The translations under genes were made by a program, and so were the position numbers. From an uncultured Myxococcales bacterium (lineage in GTDB: Bacteria; Myxococcota_A; UBA9042): DNA of 64,000 nt. The notes under the pieces were generated by a model. That model made no database searches. It saw nothing but the letters and a program-made list of their open reading frames with translations, and was not told the DNA's origin. The DNA lies in assembly GCA_903919145.1 (NCBI GenBank), contig CAIXGW010000036.1:13314-77313 (forward strand), in the 5' to 3' direction. Positions 42,729 to 53,182 of the stretch are shown here, one piece after another. Position 1 is the stretch's first letter, and each line of letters begins with the position of its first letter.

Positions 42729-42829
42729 AATAGATCTCCACAGATCTCCGCAGCGGCCCGTTGGTCGACGCGCCGCGCCGGGCAAGGCACAATGCGCAAC
42801 TCGCCGCCCACCACGGGCTGGAGACACTC

Positions 42830-43774
42830 ATGGCCGGGACCAGTCTGCTCGCACTCATCGACGACATCGCCACGATCCTGGACGACGTCGCCGTCCTGAC
42901 CAAGATCGCCTCCAAGAAGACGGCGGGCGTACTTGGCGATGACCTGGCCCTCAATGCCCAGCAGGTGGCGGGCATCCACGCCGACCGCGAGCTGCCTGTG
43001 GTGTGGGCGGTGGCCAAGGGCTCCATGCTCAACAAGGCGATCCTGGTTCCCGCCGCGCTGGCCATCAGCGCCCTGGCGCACTGGGCGGTGACGCCTTTGC
43101 TGATGATGGGCGGTGCTTTTCTGTGCTTTGAAGGGGCCGAAAAGGTGGTCCATCGGCTGATGCATCCGCGCGACCACCGCGAGGAAGCGGTTGCGCCATT
43201 GCCAGTGCTGTCCGGCCAGGAGCTGCTGGCGCTAGAGAAGTCCAAGATCAAGGGCGCGGTAAGAACCGACTTCATCCTGTCGGCTGAAATTGTCGCCATT
43301 ACCTTGGGCATTGTGGCCGAAGCCTCCTTTGCCACCCAAGTGGCGGTGCTGGCTGGTACGGCGGTGATGATGACCATTGGGGTCTATGGCCTGGTGGCTG
43401 GGATCGTCAAGCTGGACGATGCGGGGCTGTACCTGGCCCAGCGGACCGGCACCACCGCCTCAGCGCGGCTGGCCCGCAGGCTTGGCCGCGGTCTGGTGCG
43501 CGGCGCGCCGCTGCTGATGAAGACTCTGGGCATCGCCGGCACCCTAGCGATGTTCCTGGTCGGCGGCGGCATTGTCAGCCATGGGACGCCGGGCGCCGAG
43601 CCGTGGATCGCCGCCCAGGCCCAGGCCTTTGCGCAGCAGGGCGGTGCGTCGGCCGTTGCGGGCGCGCTGCTGCCGTCGGCAGTCAACCTCACCGCTGGCG
43701 TGGTCCTGGGGCTGCTGCTGGTTGGCGTCTGGTCGGTGGTCCAAAAGATCCGGCCGAGCAAGGCCGCAGCCTAG
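42830..43774 (+). CDS. DUF808 (YedI-like) inner-membrane protein
   Basis: [46 protein letters not shown] is nearly the canonical DUF808 N-terminus. I use the internal ATG of track ORF 42761. Confidence 0.85.
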   Translation: MAGTSLLALIDDIATILDDVAVLTKIASKKTAGVLGDDLALNAQQVAGIHADRELPVVWAVAKGSMLNKAILVPAALAISALAHWAVTPLLMMGGAFLCFEGAEKVVHRLMHPRDHREEAVAPLPVLSGQELLALEKSKIKGAVRTDFILSAEIVAITLGIVAEASFATQVAVLAGTAVMMTIGVYGLVAGIVKLDDAGLYLAQRTGTTASARLARRLGRGLVRGAPLLMKTLGIAGTLAMFLVGGGIVSHGTPGAEPWIAAQAQAFAQQGGASAVAGALLPSAVNLTAGVVLGLLLVGVWSVVQKIRPSKAAA

Positions 43775-43815
43775 GCCTGAGCGCCCGCTGGCGGTGGGTC
43801 AACGGCCGGCCGCCT

Positions 43816-44544
43816 CTAGCCAATCCCGCGGTGGCGGTAGCGGATCTTGGCAATGTCAAACAGCATTCTGGAGGCATCGCGCACCGGGCTGACGGTGGTG
43901 CGCTCGTCGTTGACCCAGCGCACTCCCACTTCAGCAATGCGGTAGCCGAGCTTGCGCGCCACGTACAAGACCTCGACATCAAAGGCAAAGCGCTCGATCG
44001 TCATGCGGCCAAAGCAGCGCTTGGCGGCCTCGGCAGAGAAGAGCTTGAAGCCGCACTGGGTGTCAGAGAAGCCCGGCAACGCCATCGCCCGCACCAAGGT
44101 GTTGAAAGTGCGGCCCATGGCTTCGCGGTACGCCGGCTGGTGGCGGGTAATGTCGCTATCTGGGCGGTCGCGCGAGGCAATGGCCACATCGGCCCCCGCC
44201 AGGATGGCTTGGCGCAGCTTGAGCAATTCGCCAATCGGCGTAGACAAGTCCGCGTCAGAGAACAGCACCCAGTCGCTGTGGGCCAATTCGACGCCGCGGC
44301 GCACGGCGGCGCCCTTGCCGCGGTTGACCGGTAGGCGCTCTACCTGCAGCCGCGGTTCGCTGGCCGCCCGGCGCTGGACTACGGCGGTGGTGTCATCGCG
44401 CGAGCCGTCATCCACCACCACGATCCGCGCGGTTGGGGCGTGCTCGTCCAGCCAGGCCAGCATCTGGTCCAGGGTCGCGCCGATCCGCGCCGATTCGTTG
44501 TACGCGGGCACGACAATGGTCAAGCTTTCCAGAACGTCTGCCAT
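43816..44544 (-). CDS. family-2 glycosyltransferase (polyprenyl-phosphate sugar synthase-like)
   Basis: LTIVVPAYNESARIGATL...RIVVVDDGSRDDT...FSDADLSTP...QCGFKLF are GT2/Dpm1-like blocks. ATG 44544 is preceded by AGGAGG; the track ORF extends to 44604. Confidence 0.8.
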   Translation of the reverse strand: MADVLESLTIVVPAYNESARIGATLDQMLAWLDEHAPTARIVVVDDGSRDDTTAVVQRRAASEPRLQVERLPVNRGKGAAVRRGVELAHSDWVLFSDADLSTPIGELLKLRQAILAGADVAIASRDRPDSDITRHQPAYREAMGRTFNTLVRAMALPGFSDTQCGFKLFSAEAAKRCFGRMTIERFAFDVEVLYVARKLGYRIAEVGVRWVNDERTTVSPVRDASRMLFDIAKIRYRHRGIG

Positions 44545-44611
44545 GGCGCTGCCATCCTCCTGCGGGCCAGATTCTTTAGTGGCTGGGGGCCCACCGCGCT
44601 GCATGGCTGCG

Positions 44612-46636
44612 CTACAGCCGCTCTTCTAGAGCGCTGGAGTTCTCTTTGCTGCCATTGGTCTTGGAGCCGCCGGACTTGCCGCCGGACTTGCCGCCCGACT
44701 TGCCGCCAGGGCCCTTGCTGTCGCCGAGCTTGCCCTCGGTTGGCTCCAGCTTGCGCAGGGCGATCTTGGTCTGCGGTGCGGCCTTGCGGTCGATCGCCAC
44801 TTCTTTCTCGGCATAGCCGTCCAGACGCAGGACCACGGTCAGGCTCTCATCGCCTGCTACGGTAATCGCTACCGGAGAAAGTCCTTTGTCCACACCGCCA
44901 ACCGAGATGTGCGCGCCAGGCGGCTCCGTGGCCACCTCGACCTGCACCGGGCCGAGCTTGGCCCCAGGCGCCAGTCCGGCGGCCGCGTCGCCTGCACCGG
45001 TCGCACCGCCAGCCACAGCACCACTGCCGGCGGCGTCGGCGGCCTGGGCCGCGGCTGCGGCTGCCCCGGCAACGCCTGCGACCTGAAGATTTTGCGGCGC
45101 CGCTGAAGCAGCCTCTCCCACACCAGCGGCACCCACACCAGCCACCCCCACACCAGCCACCCCAGCCTGGCTTTCGGCGCCAGCGGGGGCTTCGGCGCCA
45201 CTCAGGCCACCGGTGGCCAGCCAGACAACGGCGGCGGCGGCGGCGGCCAGGATAGCCAAGATCGCCGCGATCATCGCCCCAGAGCGCTTGGCAGGCAGCG
45301 ACGAGTCGTCATCCCCATCGACAGGCGCAGTCGGATAGGCGGCGATGGCTCCAGGCGCCAGGACCGGCTCTGAGCCCGTCAGCGGCGTCGGCGCTCTGCC
45401 CTGGGGGGGCGGCGGCACGGTCAGGCCTGCCGAGCTCGCTGCGGGCGTCGGCGGCGCTTGGGCAGCCCCGTCAGCCAAAGGCATGGCCGCTGGCGGCGGC
45501 GACAGCGGCGGCGCGCTAGACAGGCCCTGCAGAGAGCCAGCGCCCAGCTGGGCCGGCATCTGATACGCGGCTGTGCGGGCCTCGACACGCAGGGCATCGT
45601 AGCCATCGGTCGCGCCATCCAATTCTGCGGGGGCGACCATTGCGGTGGCGGCGGCCGCTTTGAGGGACCGGGTGGGGTCCATCCGCGGCGCCCCGCGGCA
45701 GCCTTCCAGCCCCTGGCGCATCTCCATGGCGGTGGCGAAGCGGTCGTCGGGGTTCTTGGCCATGGCCCTTTCGATGACGCGGACAAACGCCTCTGACAGC
45801 GGCACCAAAGACAGCTTGCGCAGGTCCGGGATCGGGTCGGCCACGTGAGACAGCAGCACCGAAAGGGGATTTTCGCCGTCATAGGGGGGGCGGCCCGCAG
45901 CCAGCTGAAATAACACGCAACCCAGCGAATATAGGTCACTGCGCCGATCCAGGCTCTTGTTCTGGGCCTGCTCTGGGCTCATGTAGGTGGGCGTGCCAAA
46001 GGCCTTGCCGGTGCCCGTCAAGTTGGAGCCCAGGCGCTTGGCGATGCCAAAGTCCAGCACCTTGACCACCGCATCGTCGCCTTCGACCTCATGCAGAAAG
46101 ATGTTGTGCGGCTTGAGATCGCGGTGCACCAGGTTGGAGGTGTGCGCCTCGGCCAAGGAGCGCAGGATCTGCGCGCCAATCGTGATGATTTCCTGCTCTT
46201 GAAAGTAGGTCTGGGTGCTGATCCGCTCGCGCAGCTCTTCATTGAGGGCGCGGCCGGTCAGCAGTTCCATGGCGATGTACAGCGCGCCGCCTTCGGTCTG
46301 GCCGAAATCGAAAACGCGAATGGTATTTGGATGCTTGAGCGAGGCCGTGACCTGGGCTTCGGCAAAAAAGCGCTGGATCATGTCCGAGTCGTCGGAGTCC
46401 AGCGACACCGCCAGCAGCTTGATGGCAATGTCCTGATCGGTCGCAAGGTTCTTGGCGCGGTATACGGCACCAAAGCCGCCCTGGCCAATCATCCGGCCGA
46501 TGCGGTAGCGGCCGTTGACTTCGGTGCCCTCGGTGAGCTTGGCGTCGGGGTTCTGCGCCAAGACCAGCGTGGCGGTGCCGTCGTCAGGGCAGCGCGCCTC
46601 CTGGCTTTTCTTGCCGCACTTGGGACAGAGCCGCAT
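44612..46636 (-). CDS. Ser/Thr protein kinase with N-terminal zinc-ribbon and C-terminal PEGA-like domain
   Basis: MRLCPKCGKKSQEARCPDDG; kinase blocks GQGGFGAVYRA, AIKLL, HRDLKPHNIF, DFGIAKR, GTPTYMSPE; TM segment; VATEPPGAHISVGGVDKGLSPVAITV (PEGA-like). ATG 46636 after GGAGGAA; the track ORF extends to 46675. Confidence 0.85.
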   Translation of the reverse strand: MRLCPKCGKKSQEARCPDDGTATLVLAQNPDAKLTEGTEVNGRYRIGRMIGQGGFGAVYRAKNLATDQDIAIKLLAVSLDSDDSDMIQRFFAEAQVTASLKHPNTIRVFDFGQTEGGALYIAMELLTGRALNEELRERISTQTYFQEQEIITIGAQILRSLAEAHTSNLVHRDLKPHNIFLHEVEGDDAVVKVLDFGIAKRLGSNLTGTGKAFGTPTYMSPEQAQNKSLDRRSDLYSLGCVLFQLAAGRPPYDGENPLSVLLSHVADPIPDLRKLSLVPLSEAFVRVIERAMAKNPDDRFATAMEMRQGLEGCRGAPRMDPTRSLKAAAATAMVAPAELDGATDGYDALRVEARTAAYQMPAQLGAGSLQGLSSAPPLSPPPAAMPLADGAAQAPPTPAASSAGLTVPPPPQGRAPTPLTGSEPVLAPGAIAAYPTAPVDGDDDSSLPAKRSGAMIAAILAILAAAAAAVVWLATGGLSGAEAPAGAESQAGVAGVGVAGVGAAGVGEAASAAPQNLQVAGVAGAAAAAAQAADAAGSGAVAGGATGAGDAAAGLAPGAKLGPVQVEVATEPPGAHISVGGVDKGLSPVAITVAGDESLTVVLRLDGYAEKEVAIDRKAAPQTKIALRKLEPTEGKLGDSKGPGGKSGGKSGGKSGGSKTNGSKENSSALEERL
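44666..44701 (-). repeat. in-frame 12-nt tandem repeat x3 at the C-terminus of the PEGA kinase
   Basis: + strand GCCGCCGGACTT GCCGCCGGACTT GCCGCCCGACTT encodes GGKS x3 on the minus strand. Confidence 0.8.
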
Positions 46637-46739
46637 CACCCGATCGTTCCTCCAGCCTCGCGGCCATCTGTGCACCTGGGACGCATGAGCCGGGCTTCAG
46701 CTTCAGTTCCCGGCCACCGCCGTCAGCCAACCGGCGATT

Positions 46740-46976
46740 CTACACCTGCCGCGGGCGATCTGGCGAATCGACGGGCTGATCGGTGTCTCGGCGGTCAGGC
46801 TGGCTTGGCAGCTGCGCTGGCTCGCCGGCGTCGTGGGCCCCCCAAGGCGGCTTGTCTGGCCCGGGCGCTCCGGCCAGAATCAAGGCAACCTCAGCCAAAT
46901 CAGCAGGAAGGTCGCCAAAGACCACCTGGCCGTCGGGCAGGACGGTAATGGCTACGTTGAGCTTAGGCCCGGGCAC
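46740..46976 (-). CDS. small hypothetical protein
   Basis: 78 codons. The GTG start lies 2 nt after the L,D-transpeptidase stop. The N-terminal half (LNVAITVLPDGQVVFGDLPADLAEVALIL) looks protein-like and the C-terminal half is low complexity. Confidence 0.3.
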   Translation of the reverse strand: MPGPKLNVAITVLPDGQVVFGDLPADLAEVALILAGAPGPDKPPWGAHDAGEPAQLPSQPDRRDTDQPVDSPDRPRQV

Positions 46977-46978
46977 GC

Positions 46979-48994
46979 CTACAGCCCCCGGGTGCTACTG
47001 GCTTTGAATTCCTTGGCTTCTTCGACTGGCAGCACACCGTCGTACACCGCGTTGTCGTAGCCGTAGACGTCGTAGCCAAAGACTGCGTGGCCTTCTTCAT
47101 CGACGCCAGCGCTGGCGTAGTCAATGTGGACGGGGATGGCGGTCTTGAGCTTGACCTCCTTCTCTTCTTTCTCGTTGATGATGTCGCGGATCGCCTTGGC
47201 GCTCATGCTTTGATCGCGACCCAGCACCAGCTCAGCCAGGTCCAGCGGCTTGTCGACCCGCACACAGCCGTGGCTGAAAGGCCGGCGCGACTTGCCAAAC
47301 AGGGCTCGGAAGGGCGTGTCGTGCAGGTAGATGTTGAACTTGTTGGGGCCTTGGAATTTGACGTTGCCCAGCAGGTTGGCTTTGCCGGCGCGCTGGTACC
47401 AGACTTCGGTGCCATCGGGCTGCACTTCGCGCACGTAGCCCTCCTTCTCCAAAAAGCTGGGATCCTTGGCCAATTTTGGCTGCAGCTCCAGCTCGACCAC
47501 CCGCTGGGTTGGAAACCACTTGGGGGCCAGGATCACCCGGGTCATCTTGTGAGAGAACAGCTTGGTGCGGTTAATCTTGCCCTTCATCATGGTCAGCTGG
47601 TCGGTATCGGTGTCGTTGTTGCCGACAATGACGCGGTGCTTGGCGATGGGCTCGCCGCTGTCCATGACCCACAGCGTCTGAAACGCGATGTTGACGAAGA
47701 TGTAAAAACCGTTGCCGGGATCGCGACCTTCTGACTCGCGGTAGCGCTGCAGGGCCAGGCGGATCTGGCGCAGGCGCTTGTCGGCCGGCACATCGGCTTC
47801 TAGCACCAGGCTGCGGGTAATGATGCCATCGCCATCGAGCTGGTGGCGGGTCTGAAAGGCCTTGACGGCGGTCTCCAGCTCGTCGTCAAACAGATCGCCG
47901 TCGCTGACGTCATAGCCCTCGGTCCGCAGGCGGGTGCGCAGGGCCTTGATGAATTCCAGGTTGGCGGGGCTGACCGGCCCTTTCTTGATGGCCTTGTCGG
48001 TGATCTTGGGCAGCGGCTGCCAGCCGCCGGCAGTCACCAGTTCCTGATACTTCACAGAGGTATCCAGCAGCTTGGCGTACTGCGGATGGGTGGGCCACAG
48101 GGCCTTGAGCGCATCGCCCAGCCGCCCGGGAGCGTCCGCCAGGATCTTGAGGATCGCATCGGCGTGCTTGTCAGCCAGCTTCTTGATCTCGGCTGGCATC
48201 TGCGCCTTGACCGGGTGGGCCGGCGTGGCGATCTGCAGATCGATGAAGTAGCGCGCCGCGGCTCGGCTCAGCTCCACGTCGGCCGCCAGCACGGCCAGCC
48301 GCGCCTTGGTCGAAGCCGCCGCCAGGGCCGGCACGGCCTGATCCAGCGCTTGCAGCCCGGCCGGGCCCAGCTTGTCGGCCCCCGCTCTGGACAATTGCAC
48401 CGCGCCGCCCTCGCCGCCGCGCAGCCACAGCGCCGCCGCGCCGCCCACTACCGCCGCCAGCGGCTGGCGGGTCATGGTCAGCAGCACGCCGCGCTCGGTC
48501 TGCAGGGTAGAGGGCACTGCCGCCGTGGCTTGGTCCAGCTGGGTCAATCGGTAGCCGCCCTGGTCGATGCCGTGGCGGTCTAGCTCGGCCAGCAGCGCCA
48601 GCAGCGCCTGGGCATCGGCGTTGGGCTGGCCGTCGCGGCCAAAAAAGCGCAGCGCCCCATTGGCGTGCAGGGCGGTCACCACCTTGGCGTCGGCACCCGC
48701 AGCTTTGATCAGCTTGGTCAGCTCGGCGGCTTCGGCGGCCTTGGCTTGGTCGGCGGCGGCGCTGATCTTGGTCACCAGCTCGGCCAGGGTGACCAGTTTG
48801 ACCGGCGGCACTGCGGCGGTCGCGGCGGACCCGGGCTCGCCGGCGGCCTCGCCCTGGGCGGGCTTGGGCTTGTCTGGCTCTTGGCCATCGCAGGCGGCCA
48901 GGCCAAAGGCCAGCGCGGTCACTGCGGCCAGGGCCGGGCTGAGGTGGGTCGATCGGGTCAGCAGGGGCAGGTACATGGCAAACCTTGGCCGCAC
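46979..48994 (-). CDS. L,D-transpeptidase (YcbB/LdtD-like) with peptidoglycan-binding domain
   Basis: PG_binding_1-like ETAVKAFQTRHQLDGDGIITRSL. YkuD catalytic block NIYLHDTPFRALFGKSRRPFSHGCVRVDKPLDLAELVL. Confidence 0.85.
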   Translation of the reverse strand: MRPRFAMYLPLLTRSTHLSPALAAVTALAFGLAACDGQEPDKPKPAQGEAAGEPGSAATAAVPPVKLVTLAELVTKISAAADQAKAAEAAELTKLIKAAGADAKVVTALHANGALRFFGRDGQPNADAQALLALLAELDRHGIDQGGYRLTQLDQATAAVPSTLQTERGVLLTMTRQPLAAVVGGAAALWLRGGEGGAVQLSRAGADKLGPAGLQALDQAVPALAAASTKARLAVLAADVELSRAAARYFIDLQIATPAHPVKAQMPAEIKKLADKHADAILKILADAPGRLGDALKALWPTHPQYAKLLDTSVKYQELVTAGGWQPLPKITDKAIKKGPVSPANLEFIKALRTRLRTEGYDVSDGDLFDDELETAVKAFQTRHQLDGDGIITRSLVLEADVPADKRLRQIRLALQRYRESEGRDPGNGFYIFVNIAFQTLWVMDSGEPIAKHRVIVGNNDTDTDQLTMMKGKINRTKLFSHKMTRVILAPKWFPTQRVVELELQPKLAKDPSFLEKEGYVREVQPDGTEVWYQRAGKANLLGNVKFQGPNKFNIYLHDTPFRALFGKSRRPFSHGCVRVDKPLDLAELVLGRDQSMSAKAIRDIINEKEEKEVKLKTAIPVHIDYASAGVDEEGHAVFGYDVYGYDNAVYDGVLPVEEAKEFKASSTRGL

Positions 48995-49062
48995 GGCGGC
49001 AAGTAGACGATAATCGAACCCCGGGCCAGGTCAAACATTCTCGGGTTTGTGCGGCCAGGCGC

Positions 49063-50718
49063 CTACGGAGCGGGCACCGGCACCGGCGCTGCAGGGCAGG
49101 CCTTCTCAACGGCCACCAGCGCTTCTGTCATCGCCTGCTTGGCGGCGTCGGGCAAGGAGCCATGGCCAATGGCGGCGCGCAGGGCTTCGGCGCGGCGGGC
49201 CGCCTTGCAGCGGTCGGTTTGGCGGTCGAGGTCGATCAGGTGGGCCTGCGCCATCAGCGGCCCCAGCAAGGCGTCCATCGGCAGGCGGGTCCGCGCGTAC
49301 TCCAGCAGCTCGCGCGGCGGCGTGTCTTTGGCCAGGCCAGTGCCGCGGCTCAGCTCGGTGTTGCGGCCACCCAGGGCGTAGCCATAGCCCAGGGTCAGCG
49401 CCTGGACCCCAGAAAGCTCAGCCACAGTCAGTCGATTTTGCTGATCTTTGTCGGCCTCGCTTAGGCCCAGGCTGCGCAGCACCGCCCACCACGCCACGTC
49501 GGCGTTGGTCATCACGCCGATGCGGCGGTTGTGCAAAGAGGCGTTGAGCGCCGCGACCGCCGTGTCGCCGTTGGCGCTGGTCTTGATGGCTTCGGCCAGG
49601 GCAACGTCGTCCAATGGGGTGCGCATCGCCAGTTTCTTGACCAGCGGGTCGCTCAGCCAGCCGCGAAAAACCGGCGCTGCGGTGGCAAAGGCATCGCCAA
49701 ACACATGGCCATCGCCCGCCGGGGCGCGGCCGCTCTTGGGCGCAGCTTCGGCCTTGGCTGGCGGCAGCTGGATAGGCTTGCTGACCTTCTGGGCCAGCTC
49801 GGGGCCGCAGCGGGCCGCAGGGGCCGTCGCCAGGGCCAGGGCCAGCCCCTGAACCCGCTCTGCTGCAGCCAGGCGCAGGGCTTCCTGGCCAGAGAATCGC
49901 ATGGCTTTGTCCAGGTTTTTGGCCAGTTGGCACGCTCCCGGCCGCGGATCGGCTTCGGCGCGAGCCAGGGCCGCCGCCACGGTCGCCACCTGCCACGTCG
50001 GCGCTTTCTTGGCCGCCAGCTCCAGCAGCTGGACCGCGCCGGCGCTCTGCAGCTTGTCGCTGTGGACCAACAGCTTGGCGGGCTGGCCGGCATCGCGCAG
50101 CGCCCGCGCCCAGCCCAGCAGCAAGCTGTGGCGGGCAGAGGCCTCCGACGTCTGCAGGTTGTCGATCCGCGCGCTGCCGCTTGGCCCCACCGCCAGCCGA
50201 CCGGCAATGCCCACCAGCAAGTAGCGCTCCACCGCGTGGCGGGTCATGGCCGCGCCGCCCAGCGAGTCCAGCGCGGCCAGGGCCCGGTCGGCCGGCAGGT
50301 CATCGCGCAGCAGCCGCTCGCGGTCGTGGACCTGCAAGAGGCCCTGATCGCGGATTTGCGCCACCAGCGGGTGCTCTTGGTAGGCCCGCCACGGCTGCCA
50401 GGCCGCCACCAGACCCGCCGGCTCCGGGTCCAGGCTAGCGGTGACGGCCGTAGGCGCCTCGGCGATGGGCACCGGCGCTGCGGGAGCTTGGGCAAACCCT
50501 TGGGCACTGCCCAGCCCGCCGGCGGCCGCCCACAGCAGGGCCAGCCGGCCGCGCCACGGCCAGCGCCGCCCAGCATTGGCGCGCAGCGGCCACAGAAGAC
50601 CTTTGGCCCGCCGCGCCGCGGTCAGCTGTTGGACCGCGAGCTCTAGCCCCGCTGAGCAGGGCAGCGCCGCGCTGGCATCGCCTTGAGGCGACTGAGACGG
50701 TGTGATCCGTGCTGTCAC
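49063..50718 (-). CDS. secreted hypothetical protein
   Basis: 551 aa, Ala/Leu-rich helical. 4-nt overlap with the upstream GH13 gene argues for translation. No family recognised. Confidence 0.5.
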   Translation of the reverse strand: MTARITPSQSPQGDASAALPCSAGLELAVQQLTAARRAKGLLWPLRANAGRRWPWRGRLALLWAAAGGLGSAQGFAQAPAAPVPIAEAPTAVTASLDPEPAGLVAAWQPWRAYQEHPLVAQIRDQGLLQVHDRERLLRDDLPADRALAALDSLGGAAMTRHAVERYLLVGIAGRLAVGPSGSARIDNLQTSEASARHSLLLGWARALRDAGQPAKLLVHSDKLQSAGAVQLLELAAKKAPTWQVATVAAALARAEADPRPGACQLAKNLDKAMRFSGQEALRLAAAERVQGLALALATAPAARCGPELAQKVSKPIQLPPAKAEAAPKSGRAPAGDGHVFGDAFATAAPVFRGWLSDPLVKKLAMRTPLDDVALAEAIKTSANGDTAVAALNASLHNRRIGVMTNADVAWWAVLRSLGLSEADKDQQNRLTVAELSGVQALTLGYGYALGGRNTELSRGTGLAKDTPPRELLEYARTRLPMDALLGPLMAQAHLIDLDRQTDRCKAARRAEALRAAIGHGSLPDAAKQAMTEALVAVEKACPAAPVPVPAP

Positions 50719-52979
50719 GGCTTGACTGCTGCGATGCGATAAGAGCGCGCCGGTACGCTGACTTCGGGCCCGCTGATCGCCTCGCCGCTGACCAGATCGA
50801 CCGCGCTGCCCGCGGGCATCCCGCCGACGCTGACGGCTTGGTCGCCGCGGTTGATCGCCACGTAGACACTGCCCTTGTCATCGCTCATGCGGTAGACCCA
50901 GGCGTCTTGGCCTATCCACTCGGTCGTGCGGACGCCGCGGCGCAGGGCAGACAGGTCCTTGCGCAGCTGGCCAAGCTTTTTCATTTGCGCCAGCAGCTGC
51001 TTTTGCGGGTCAGTCCAGCCGGCCCAAGGCATCATCCGCCGGTTGTCGGGATCGCCAGCCCCGGCCAGGCCAAGCTCGTCTCCGTAGTAGATCAGCGGCA
51101 CGCCGCGGTTGGTCATCAGCAGCGCCATCGCCACCGCCACCCGCTGGTACGCTTTGGCATCCTGGACCACGCCCGGCGGGTTGTTCCAGGCGCTGCCCTT
51201 GCCCGCGTCCCACACGTTGTCAAACAGCGGCGGATCGCTGGCGTAGTGGATCAGCCGCGGCAGGTCGTGGTTGCCGGCAAACGGCGACATCACCGCGTCG
51301 GCGCCATAGAAAGGGTCATTCTTGTTCATGAATGACTCCAGGTCGGCCATCTTGCCTTTGCGCAGCAGCACCACTTCGTCCAGCAGCGCCCGCCACGGGA
51401 AATCAAACTGGCCGTCGAGCTTGGTGCAAGGATCTACAAAGGATTTGATCAGGTTCTGGTCGCCGGTGTAGGTCTCGCCCACCAGCCAGATGTGCTGGCC
51501 GCGCTTGGGCTCCAGCTCGGTGTTGAGGCGCTGGCGCAGGTCCGTCAGCCACGGGCCGTCGACGTGCTTGATCGCGTCCAGGCGCAAGCCATCGGCTCCA
51601 GACTGCTCCATCCACCACATCACGTTATCGATCGAGGCTTTGCGCGCCGCGGCGTTGTTGAAATTGAAGTCCGGCAGGTAGTCGCGGAACCAGCACCAGA
51701 TCGCCGACGGGCCATCCCACGGGCAGACGCTGGCGCCGCACACGCAGTCGCCGCCGCCGCCGTTGAGCTTGTAGAACCAGTCGGCGTGGTCCTTGAACAG
51801 CGGAGATTCTTTGTGAACATGGTTCATGGCGTAGTCGAGCACCACCTGAATCCCCTGGGCGTGGGCGGTGTCCACCAAGGTCTTGAGGTCGGCCATGCTG
51901 CCAAAGTGGCTGTTGGTCGCTTGGATGTCGCGCGGCCAGTAGCCGTGAAAAGCTGTGTACAGCTTGCCGTCGTCGCCCAGCTCGGCCGCGTCGGTGTTGT
52001 CCATCGGCACCGTCAGCCACAGCACGTTGACGCCCAGGTCCTTGAACCAACCCTCTTGGATCTTTTGGGTCACGCCTTTCCAGTCGCCGCCGGCCCAGTT
52101 GGCGATGTCGGCCACCTGAGCGTTGGGGTTCTTGCTGTCATTGCCCTTGTCTCCATTGAAGAATCGGTCGACAAAGACGAAGTACATCACGCCGTCGCGC
52201 CAATCAAAGGCGCCCGGCTTGGCAGGTGCGCCGCACAGGGTAGAGGGGACGGGACAGATACCACTGCTCGGGCAAGAAAGTGCAGCAATGACGGAATTTT
52301 TTCCGCCGTAGCCGTCATCGGCGTTCAGCGGATTGCCGGCATCGGTCAGCCACTGCTCTTGGCCGTTTTGCAGCACCACGCGGAACTTATAGAGAATCTC
52401 CTTGCCTTGCGGCAGGTGGATAGAGGTCGTCCACGGCTGGCCTGGCTGCTGGGTCATCGGCGCGCCGGCCTTCCAGCCGTTCCAAGAGCCGCGCACTTCC
52501 ACCGAGCCTTCGTCGCCCTTGCCGGCGTAGGCAAAGGCGGTCGGGCACAGCTTGTCGCTGTCGGCGCAGCTGGCCGCGCCATCGGCCGGGCCGCCATCGC
52601 CTGCGTCGGCGGTCGCCTCATCTAAGGGTAAGGCATCACTGTCTAATTGCGCGCTGCTGTTGGCGTCGCTGCCGGCGCTGTCCGCGGTGCCATCGCCTAC
52701 CAGGTCCAGATCGGCATCGCCCACGGGCAGGTCGCCACTGGCGTCGCTTGCACCGCCACCGTCACCGTCACCGCTGCCGTCGGTGCTTGCTGCCGCATCG
52801 GCTTTGCTGCCCGCATCGGCGACGTCTGTCAGAAAACCGCTTCCGATGTCTGCGGTTGAGAGGGCGTCGTCCACCGTCTGGACGGGGGCCTGGCAGCCCA
52901 CTACCGCGGCCGTGAGCCAAGCCAAGGCCCACAGCGGTGTGCGGCAGCGGCAGAAGACAGAGATCAAAGGGTCGCGCAT
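50715..52979 (-). CDS. GH13 alpha-amylase-family lipoprotein with N-terminal CBM48-like module
   Basis: Lipobox LTAAVVGC. VEVRGSWNGWKAG...ILYKFRV (CBM48/AMPK-beta-like). GH13 regions VFVDRFFNGD, GIQVVLDYAMNHV, GADGLRLDAIKHV, WLVGETY, FAGNHDLPR. Confidence 0.85.
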   Translation of the reverse strand: MRDPLISVFCRCRTPLWALAWLTAAVVGCQAPVQTVDDALSTADIGSGFLTDVADAGSKADAAASTDGSGDGDGGGASDASGDLPVGDADLDLVGDGTADSAGSDANSSAQLDSDALPLDEATADAGDGGPADGAASCADSDKLCPTAFAYAGKGDEGSVEVRGSWNGWKAGAPMTQQPGQPWTTSIHLPQGKEILYKFRVVLQNGQEQWLTDAGNPLNADDGYGGKNSVIAALSCPSSGICPVPSTLCGAPAKPGAFDWRDGVMYFVFVDRFFNGDKGNDSKNPNAQVADIANWAGGDWKGVTQKIQEGWFKDLGVNVLWLTVPMDNTDAAELGDDGKLYTAFHGYWPRDIQATNSHFGSMADLKTLVDTAHAQGIQVVLDYAMNHVHKESPLFKDHADWFYKLNGGGGDCVCGASVCPWDGPSAIWCWFRDYLPDFNFNNAAARKASIDNVMWWMEQSGADGLRLDAIKHVDGPWLTDLRQRLNTELEPKRGQHIWLVGETYTGDQNLIKSFVDPCTKLDGQFDFPWRALLDEVVLLRKGKMADLESFMNKNDPFYGADAVMSPFAGNHDLPRLIHYASDPPLFDNVWDAGKGSAWNNPPGVVQDAKAYQRVAVAMALLMTNRGVPLIYYGDELGLAGAGDPDNRRMMPWAGWTDPQKQLLAQMKKLGQLRKDLSALRRGVRTTEWIGQDAWVYRMSDDKGSVYVAINRGDQAVSVGGMPAGSAVDLVSGEAISGPEVSVPARSYRIAAVKP

Positions 52980-53182
52980 GAAGGCACCTCGGCTCTCCAG
53001 GGTAGCCGCGAGGTCAGGCCTCCGGCAACCCCAAGCGACCGGACCCCCACCGCCGTGTCATCGAATTGTCTCGCAAGCCCGCTATCGCGCTTTGGAATAG
53101 TTGCATTCACTCTGGGCCGCGGCACACTCGGGCGCGGACGCGCGCCATCGACTCGGCTCGATGCTTGCAGCCCAGAGGGTCC

